DNA of 63,738 nucleotides from Myxococcota bacterium (GTDB lineage Bacteria; Myxococcota_A; UBA9160; PR03): NCBI GenBank assembly GCA_041611735.1, contig JBFIML010000024.1, positions 1 to 63,738 of the forward strand, read 5' to 3'. Shown piece by piece: positions 57,053 to 63,738 of this stretch (position 1 is its first letter; each line of letters starts with the position of its first letter). The notes under the pieces were generated by a model. It saw only the letters and a program-made list of their open reading frames with translations, ran no database searches and was not told where the DNA came from. The position numbers and the translations under genes were made by a program.

Positions 57053-58705
57053 GTGACGCAAAGCTCGCGCTCTGCTGGGGATGCGGCCCGCCTCGGACTC
57101 CTGGCCCTGGCCCTGCTCCTCGCCCTGGGAGCCGGACCGCCGGGTCGGGTTCCGCAGGACCTTCTGGAGCGCGCTCGGGCCGCCGGCACGCTTCCCGTGA
57201 TCGTCAGCCTCGACGTGGACACCATCGGGGAGGCGGAGCTTCCCTCCCCCGCCCACGTGGCCACCCAGCGGGCGGCCATCGCCGGCGCCCGGGAGCAGGT
57301 GCTGCAAGGGCTGACCGGAACGGCGCTGCGCGTGCGGCGCCGCTTCGTGACGATTCCCTACCTGGCGCTCGACGTGAGCCCCGCGGCCCTGGCGGCCCTC
57401 GCGCGCTCCAGCCGGGTTCGAGCGGTGCACGAGGACCGCCTCGTGCGGCCGGGGCTCGCTTCGAGCATTCCGCTGGTGGAGGGCGACCAGGCGGTGGCGG
57501 CCGGCTGGAACGGCAGCGGCCGGACCGTGGCGGTGCTGGACACGGGGGTCGACACGGGGCACTCCTTCCTGGGCGGACGCGTGGTGGCGGAAGCCTGCTT
57601 CTCGGGCGGATCCGATTGCCCCAACGCCACCACCACCCAGATCGGCCCGGGCGCGGGCCTCTACTGCAGTTGGGCGGATGCCTGCGCCCACGGCACTCAC
57701 GTGGCGGGGATCGCCGTTGGAAGCGGCTCCGGGTTGGCCGGCGTGGCGCCAGGCGCGTCGCTCGTCGCCATCCAGGTCTTCTCGCGCTTCAGCGGCTCCG
57801 CCTGCAACGGAACCGGTGAGAACCCGTGCGCGCTGGCCTTCCTCTCCGACATCGCCGCCGGTTTGGCCCACGTGTATGCGCTGCGCACCACCTTCGCGAT
57901 CGCTGCGGTCAACGTGAGCGTCTCCGGCGCCACCTACACCTCCCAGGCCGCCTGCGACGGCGCGAACCCTGCCCTGAAGACGGCCATCGACAACCTGCGC
58001 TCCGCGGGCATCGCGACCGTCGTCTCCTCGGGCAACGACGGGCTGCTGGACGCGCTGTCCGAACCCGCCTGCATCTCCTCCGCCGTGAGCGTCGGCGCCA
58101 CCACGGACGCAGACGCGGTAGCCGCCTTCTCCAACTCCGCCACGTTCCTGGCGCTGCTGGCGCCGGGGGTGGACATCACCTCCTCCACACCGCCGGCCCT
58201 GCTGGGCTTCTCCTTCGGCAGCACGGACGGGACCTCCATGGCCGCTCCCCACGTGGCGGGCGCCTGGGCGCTCCTCCGCCAGGCCCGGCCCTCCGTCTCC
58301 GTGAACCAGGCGCTAGCGGCCCTGCAGGCCACGGGGGTGCCCATCACCGACGTGAACGGAGTCACCACGTCGCGGGTGCGCGTCTTCGCGGCGCTCCAGG
58401 CACTCCTGGCGCCGACTTGCTCCAACGGGCTCGACGACGATGGCGACGGGCTCGTGGATCACCCCGCGGACCCGGGCTGCCCGGCCCCCTCCGGCGACCT
58501 GGAGAACCCCGCCTGCGACGACAGCGTCGACAACGACGGCGACGGGGGCATCGACTGGGATGGGGCCGGCCTGGGTCCGCCCGACGCGGAGTGCTCCCAG
58601 GGCTGGCTGCGTCAGGAGGCCCGCTGGGGCTGCGGGCTCGGCTTCGAGTTGGCGCTGCTGGTGCCCCTGCTCAGCCGGTGGCGGCGGCGGCGCACCGGTC
58701 GCTGA
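57053..58705 (+). CDS. S8 subtilase with Cys/Asp-rich repeats and a C-terminal GC-TM-RRR sorting tail
   Basis: Signal peptide, propeptide, VLDTG, HGTHVAG, GTSMAAPHV; two C.[ND]..D.DGDG..D repeats; ends GCGLGFELALLVPLLSRWRRRRTGR. Confidence 0.93.
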   Translation: MTQSSRSAGDAARLGLLALALLLALGAGPPGRVPQDLLERARAAGTLPVIVSLDVDTIGEAELPSPAHVATQRAAIAGAREQVLQGLTGTALRVRRRFVTIPYLALDVSPAALAALARSSRVRAVHEDRLVRPGLASSIPLVEGDQAVAAGWNGSGRTVAVLDTGVDTGHSFLGGRVVAEACFSGGSDCPNATTTQIGPGAGLYCSWADACAHGTHVAGIAVGSGSGLAGVAPGASLVAIQVFSRFSGSACNGTGENPCALAFLSDIAAGLAHVYALRTTFAIAAVNVSVSGATYTSQAACDGANPALKTAIDNLRSAGIATVVSSGNDGLLDALSEPACISSAVSVGATTDADAVAAFSNSATFLALLAPGVDITSSTPPALLGFSFGSTDGTSMAAPHVAGAWALLRQARPSVSVNQALAALQATGVPITDVNGVTTSRVRVFAALQALLAPTCSNGLDDDGDGLVDHPADPGCPAPSGDLENPACDDSVDNDGDGGIDWDGAGLGPPDAECSQGWLRQEARWGCGLGFELALLVPLLSRWRRRRTGR

Positions 58706-58806
58706 CGCGCCGACTCGCAGGATCCCGAGGCCGGCGCAACGGTGCCGGCCTCCGCTTCGGTAGCCTCCCGGGCGACATGGGTGCGCGACGAGCCAGCAGC
58801 TTCTCC

Positions 58807-60351
58807 ATGAGAAGCCGCTTCCGGCACGCAATCGCCGCCGGCGTCGGCCTCGGACTGGCGTGCGCTCCGGCCCCGTCGTCGCCTCCCCCGGCGCAGCGCG
58901 ATGCGTCCCTGGCCGCCACCCTGGTCGAGCTCGGCGAGCAGGCGCTGGCGGCCGGGGACCCCGTCGGCGCCGCCGACCGCTTCGAACGGGCGCTTCGGGC
59001 CGACCCGCAGTCGCTGGCTGCCAGGGTCGGTGTGGGGCGGAGCGCCCTGGCCCAGGGCCACGACCCGGCTGCTCGTGACGCCTTCGGCTCCGCCCTGGAA
59101 GTCGCGCCGGACTCGGTAGACGCGCTGCTCGGCCTCGCGCGGGTGGAGGAACGGTCCCAGCGCCTCGACGAGGCCCGGGCGTTGCTGGAGCGGGCGCGCA
59201 GCCACGAGCCGACCCGCCCGGACGTGCACGAGCGGCTGGCCGCCCTCACCGGGTTCGCTCCGCGTCGACCGCCGGCGGATCTGGACGAAGCCCTGGAGCG
59301 GGCCCGACTTCATCTCTACGACCCGCGCGCCAAGCTCCACGCGGGCCGCGCCCTGGCCCGGGCCGGGCGCCCGGAGCAGGCGATCCGCCTGCTGGAGGAT
59401 GCGCTCTGGATCGGCGACCGGGATCCCGGCGCGACGCGAGCCGTCTTGATCGAGCTCGCCCGCCTGGACCCCTCCTGGCGCCAGCGCATCGCCGTCCCGG
59501 TGCACGTGCGAGCGGACGAGGCGCTGCACGCCAACCCCAGCTGGCGCTTCCAGCTACGGCTGCTCTGGCACGCCATCTCCCAGTCCTTCGATCCGGTGCT
59601 GCGGGTGCGCTTCTATCCCGCGGAGCTGACCGCGTGTCGGAGCTCCGGCGCGGGCCCGGACCTGGGCACCATCGTCGCCGCCTGCCTGCGGGGCCCCGCT
59701 TCGACGCGCGGCATCCAGGCCGTCTTCACGGGGCAGCCGGCGCCCCGCCGCGGGGGCCCCTGGCGACTCGGGCAGGCGGAGTTCCTGGGCCGCACGCTCG
59801 CAGTTCGCATCGAGCCCGGAGCGATCCAGAGCCGGGTTCTCGCCCACGAGCTGGTCCACCTGTACGGGGGCGTGCACGTGAACCCGGATGTGGACTCCCT
59901 CATGAACCCGAGCGGCGACTCGCACGTCCTCGATCCCTGGAACCAGGCCCTCCTCGAGCAGCTTCGCCGCCGTCGCTTCGGCCCGGGCGGTCTCGACGCC
60001 AACGTGCTGCCCTGGGTCGAGCTGCCGGCGACGATCGCCGCGTACCGGGCGGCGCTGGGCGCCAATCTGGCCTTTCGGCAGCTCGGCCTGCTCGACGCCC
60101 TGGAGGCAGGCCGGGAGTCGCGCTTCCTGGCCGCGCGGCGCGCCCGCCAGGTCCGGGAGCTCGACGAGCACCTGGGGGACGTGACCGAGCTGCTGGGACA
60201 GCTCGTGCTTCGCGACGGCCGTCCCGCCGCGGCGGCGGTCTTGATGGACACCGCAGCCCGCCTCTACGGTCCCGGCACGCCGCGCGGGCGCGCCGCCCTG
60301 GCCCGGGCCCGGCGCCTCGAATCCGCGGCGACCGTCCGCACGTCGCCCTAG
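58807..60351 (+). CDS. TPR lipoprotein with a metzincin-like zinc peptidase domain
   Basis: LGLAC lipobox, TPRs, HELVHLYGGVH followed by SLMNP (Met-turn-like). Confidence 0.8.
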   Translation: MRSRFRHAIAAGVGLGLACAPAPSSPPPAQRDASLAATLVELGEQALAAGDPVGAADRFERALRADPQSLAARVGVGRSALAQGHDPAARDAFGSALEVAPDSVDALLGLARVEERSQRLDEARALLERARSHEPTRPDVHERLAALTGFAPRRPPADLDEALERARLHLYDPRAKLHAGRALARAGRPEQAIRLLEDALWIGDRDPGATRAVLIELARLDPSWRQRIAVPVHVRADEALHANPSWRFQLRLLWHAISQSFDPVLRVRFYPAELTACRSSGAGPDLGTIVAACLRGPASTRGIQAVFTGQPAPRRGGPWRLGQAEFLGRTLAVRIEPGAIQSRVLAHELVHLYGGVHVNPDVDSLMNPSGDSHVLDPWNQALLEQLRRRRFGPGGLDANVLPWVELPATIAAYRAALGANLAFRQLGLLDALEAGRESRFLAARRARQVRELDEHLGDVTELLGQLVLRDGRPAAAAVLMDTAARLYGPGTPRGRAALARARRLESAATVRTSP

Positions 60352-60448
60352 GCCCCAGCCCGGCGTGACCCGCACGGCGCGACCCCGGCGGCTTCGGCAT
60401 CATCCCAGTGGAGCAGACCCCTTTCGCCGGCGGGCAACGGAGGATTCC

Positions 60449-62110
60449 ATGGCGCGCAGCAAGGCGTCGGACCTGTTCGTCAGGTGCCTGGAGGCGGAGG
60501 GCGTACGCTGGGTCTTCGGCGTGCCCGGCGAGGAGAACGCCGACCTGCTGCTCTCGCTGGACGACTCGCCGATCGAATTCGTCCTCACGCGACACGAGCA
60601 GGGCGCGGCCTTCATGGCCGACGTGCACGGACGCCTGACCGGCGAGGCGGGGGTGTGTCTCGGAACGCTCGGACCCGGAGCCACCAACCTCGTCACCGGC
60701 GTGGCCGACGCCAACCTGGATCGCGCCCCGCTGGTGGCGATCACGGGCCAGGGGGACAGTCGCCGGCTCCACAAGGAGAGCCACCAGAACATCGACGTGG
60801 TCGGCATGTACCGGCCCCTCACCAAGTGGGCCTGGTCGCTGGTCAACCCGGACAACGTCCCGGAGGTGGTGCGCAAGGCCTTCAAGCTGGCCACCACCGA
60901 GAAGCCGGGCGCCTGCCACATCGAGCTGCCCGAAGACGTGGCGGCCATGGAGGCGGAAACCGACCCCATCCCGCCGGAGCGCTTGCGGCGTCCGGTCCCC
61001 GACGACAAGATCGTGAACCGCGCCTTCCAGGCGATCCGTGAGGCGCGGCGCCCGGTGATCCTGGCCGGAAACGGCGCCATCCGGCGCCGCGCCAGCCGCC
61101 AGCTGCGCCACTTCGCCGAAAGCACCGGGATCGGCGTCGTCAGCACCTTCATGGCCAAGGGGTGCGTGGATCGTCATGCCCCGCACTGCCTGTTCACGAT
61201 CGGTCTCCAGGCGCGCGACCTCGTGACGTATGCCATCGAAGCCGCGGACCTGGTCGTCACGCTCGGCTACGACATGGTCGAGTACCACCCGCGCCTGTGG
61301 AACCCGGCGGCCGACAAGCGCATCGTCCACGTGGATTTCCTGCCCGCCGAGGTGGATCACCACTACCGGGTGGACGTGGAGATCGTGGGGGACCTGGCCC
61401 ACACGCTGTGGATGTGGAACGAGCGCTGGAAGGCCCTGGAGCCGAAGCCCGTCTACGACCTGGCTCAGCAGCGCTCCGTCCGTGCGGACATGTTGCGCGA
61501 GTTCGCGGCGTACCGGGACGACGACACGGACGGCGCGATCCGGCCCCAGAAGGTGCTGTGGGACGTGCGGCAGGCGCTGGGACCCCGGGACGTCCTGCTC
61601 TCGGACGTTGGGGCCCACAAGATGTGGATCGCGCGCTACTACCAGTGCGACGAGCCGAACACCTGCTTGATCTCCAACGGATTCTGCTCGATGGGCTTCG
61701 CCCTGCCGGGGGCGATCGCCGCCAAGCTCCTGCACCCGGACCGGCGCGTGCTGGCCCTCTGCGGCGATGGGGGCTTCCTGATGAATGTCCAGGAGATGGA
61801 GACGGCCCGGCGCCTCGGCACGCGCATCGTCGTCATGGTGTGGGAAGACGGGGGCTACGGGCTGATCTCCTGGAAGCAGGACACGCAGTTCGGGCGGCAC
61901 ACCAACCTGTCCTTCGACAATCCCGATTTCGTGCGCCTGGCGGAGTCGTTCGGCTGGGCGGGCGCGCGGGTCGAGCACTCCCGGGACCTGCTCGCTACGC
62001 TCGAAAAGGCCTTCGCGGCGGACCGCCCGGCGCTCGTGGTGATTCCCATCGACTACCGCGAGAACGCCCTCCTGAGCGAGCGTCTGGGGCGCCTGGTCTG
62101 CCCGATCTGA
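60449..62110 (+). CDS. ThDP-dependent enzyme, acetolactate-synthase-large-subunit-like (possible 2-oxoglutarate decarboxylase)
   Basis: FGVPGEEN, RHEQGAAFMAD, LGPGATN, ESHQ, DVGAHKMW, GDGGFLMN. Confidence 0.9.
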   Translation: MARSKASDLFVRCLEAEGVRWVFGVPGEENADLLLSLDDSPIEFVLTRHEQGAAFMADVHGRLTGEAGVCLGTLGPGATNLVTGVADANLDRAPLVAITGQGDSRRLHKESHQNIDVVGMYRPLTKWAWSLVNPDNVPEVVRKAFKLATTEKPGACHIELPEDVAAMEAETDPIPPERLRRPVPDDKIVNRAFQAIREARRPVILAGNGAIRRRASRQLRHFAESTGIGVVSTFMAKGCVDRHAPHCLFTIGLQARDLVTYAIEAADLVVTLGYDMVEYHPRLWNPAADKRIVHVDFLPAEVDHHYRVDVEIVGDLAHTLWMWNERWKALEPKPVYDLAQQRSVRADMLREFAAYRDDDTDGAIRPQKVLWDVRQALGPRDVLLSDVGAHKMWIARYYQCDEPNTCLISNGFCSMGFALPGAIAAKLLHPDRRVLALCGDGGFLMNVQEMETARRLGTRIVVMVWEDGGYGLISWKQDTQFGRHTNLSFDNPDFVRLAESFGWAGARVEHSRDLLATLEKAFAADRPALVVIPIDYRENALLSERLGRLVCPI

Positions 62111-62176
62111 GAGCGTCGCAGCGAGGCCGCCCGTCCGCTTGCCCTACCCCCTCTTGCCGATCCCCTGGGAGGAGCC

Positions 62177-63601
62177 ATGAAGGACCGCCATCCCCTGTAT
62201 CTCGCCAACCGACCCGTCGCCCCGAACCACGACCTGGAGGTTCGCGACAAGTACACCGGCGAGGTGGCGACCCGCGTGGCGCTGGCGGATCCGGCCACCA
62301 TCGATGCGGCCATCACCCAGGCCGTCGCCGCCAGCGAGCCCATGCGTCGCCTTGCCGCCTACGAGCGTCAGGCCGTACTGCACCACTGCGTGCGCCGCTT
62401 CACCGAGCGCGCCGAGGAGTTCGCCCTCGCGCTCTGCATCGAGGCGGGCAAGCCGATCCGCGACAGCCGGGGCGAGGTGTCGCGTTTGATCGACACCTTC
62501 CGCATCGCCGCCGAGGAGTCGGTACGCCAGGTGGGGGAGGTGTTGCCCCTCGACGTGACGGCGCGCGCCCGCAGCTACCGCGGCATGTGGCGGCGCGTCC
62601 CGATCGGGCCGTGCTCCTTCATCTCCCCCTTCAACTTCCCCCTCAACCTGGCGGCCCACAAGATCGCCCCAGCCCTGGCGGTGGGCTGCCCGTTCGTGCT
62701 CAAGCCCGCCAGCCTCACCCCGGTGGGGGCGCTCCTGATCGGGGAGGTGCTGGCGGAGACGGACCTGCCCGTAGGGGCCTTCTCCATCCTGCCCTGCCGG
62801 CGGGACGGAGCGGAGCTCTTCAGCGAAGACGAGCGGCTCAAGCTGCTCTCGTTCACGGGCTCGCCGGCGGTGGGCTGGGAGCTCAAGCGCCGGGCGGGCC
62901 GCAAGAAGGTGATCCTCGAGCTGGGGGGCAATGCGGCCTGCGTGGTGGACGCCGACTGGGACCCGGAGGACGCCGTGGAGCGGACCGTGTCCGGCGCCTT
63001 CTACCAGTCCGGGCAGAGCTGCATCAGCGTGCAGCGCATCCTGGTGCACGCGGACGTGTACGAGACCTTCCGGGACAAGCTGGTCGCCGCAACGCGCCGC
63101 CTGCACATGGGCGACCCGAAGGACGAGAAGACGTTCATCGGACCCCTGATCTCCACCAAGGAGGCGGAGCGGCTCGAAGCGTGGATCCGCGCAGCCCTGG
63201 ACGGCGGGGCGAGGCTCCTGTGCGGCGGCCGGCGGGAGGGCGCGATGCTGGAGGCCACCCTGCTCGAGGACGCTCCGCCGCAGGCGGAGGTGTGTGCCCA
63301 GGAGGCCTTCGGGCCCGTGGCGGTGCTGGCGCGCTTCACCGACTTCGAGGACGCCCTGGCCCGCGTGAACGACAGCGTATTCGGCCTGCAAGCCGGCATC
63401 TTCACCCGCGACCACTACAAGGTGCTGCGCGCCTGGGACGTGCTCGAGGTGGGCGGCGTGATCGTGGGCGACGTGCCCTCCTGGCGGGTCGATCACATGC
63501 CGTATGGGGGGGTGAAGGAGAGCGGGTTGGGGCGGGAGGGGGTGCGCTTCGCCATGGAGGACATGAGCGAGATCCGGCTCCTCGTCACCCGCCTCCCCTA
63601 G
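62177..63601 (+). CDS. Aldehyde dehydrogenase (ALDH21-like; possible SSADH)
   Basis: PFNFPLNL.AHK, KPA, FTGS, LELGGN, GQSCIS, EAFGP, PYGGVKESG. Confidence 0.95.
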   Translation: MKDRHPLYLANRPVAPNHDLEVRDKYTGEVATRVALADPATIDAAITQAVAASEPMRRLAAYERQAVLHHCVRRFTERAEEFALALCIEAGKPIRDSRGEVSRLIDTFRIAAEESVRQVGEVLPLDVTARARSYRGMWRRVPIGPCSFISPFNFPLNLAAHKIAPALAVGCPFVLKPASLTPVGALLIGEVLAETDLPVGAFSILPCRRDGAELFSEDERLKLLSFTGSPAVGWELKRRAGRKKVILELGGNAACVVDADWDPEDAVERTVSGAFYQSGQSCISVQRILVHADVYETFRDKLVAATRRLHMGDPKDEKTFIGPLISTKEAERLEAWIRAALDGGARLLCGGRREGAMLEATLLEDAPPQAEVCAQEAFGPVAVLARFTDFEDALARVNDSVFGLQAGIFTRDHYKVLRAWDVLEVGGVIVGDVPSWRVDHMPYGGVKESGLGREGVRFAMEDMSEIRLLVTRLP

Positions 63602-63666
63602 CTTGTGGTTCGAAGATTGCGCCTGGGGGGGGCCGGCCGGGGCCCGATCCGGGGGGATGGCTCGGG

Positions 63667-63738
63667 CTAGCGGGCGTAGACGGCCCGGTGGATGGGGCCG
63701 CGGGGCAGGCAGCGGGTGGGGATGCGGCGCTCGTAGCA
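63667..63738 (-). CDS. 3' end of a CDS entering from beyond the window (...CYERRIPTRCLPRGPIHRAVYAR)
   Basis: Open frame with GC3-biased codons ending TAG at 63667. Confidence 0.5.
   Translation of the reverse strand, partial: CYERRIPTRCLPRGPIHRAVYAR

Overview
A uniformly GC-rich chromosomal window. The gene content (GspC-N type II secretion cluster, split gcvPA/gcvPB, maf-yggS-proC-divIVA, Cys-based C-terminal sorting tail) suggests a Myxococcota/deltaproteobacterial-like organism; this is inference only. Contents in order: a dnaK-hsp20-lon heat-shock unit; a complete T2SS operon (gspC-N) running into an ArsR-methyltransferase/HAD/tldD/tldE/MBL/HEAT/SDR/CoA-transferase block; a kinase-like plus class-III aminotransferase pair; a 2OG-Fe(II) oxygenase; WS/DGAT; BON-LysM; DUF937-like; fumC; an MlaEFD-type operon; maf-yggS-proC-divIVA; FmdB; folD-gcvTHP; an M48 protease; a MerR-TPR protein; tRNA-Sec; HPF-like; an EAL protein; uvrA; moeZ; tRNA-Leu and tRNA-Ala; PyrR-like; pncB/pncA; a subtilase; a TPR-metzincin; and a ThDP enzyme plus ALDH pair. 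I saw no mobile elements, CRISPR arrays or rRNA. Best leads: (1) a T2SS secretin with a C-terminal SPOR-like peptidoglycan-binding domain and no pilotin in the operon; (2) a probable 2-oxoglutarate decarboxylase/SSADH TCA bypass; (3) a kinase-like plus PLP-enzyme pair resembling a kinase/phospho-lyase module; (4) a subtilase with a GC-TM-RRR sorting tail, a candidate T2SS substrate; (5) two small ORFs below the ORF-track cutoff. Family assignments come from motif recognition by eye, not database searches.
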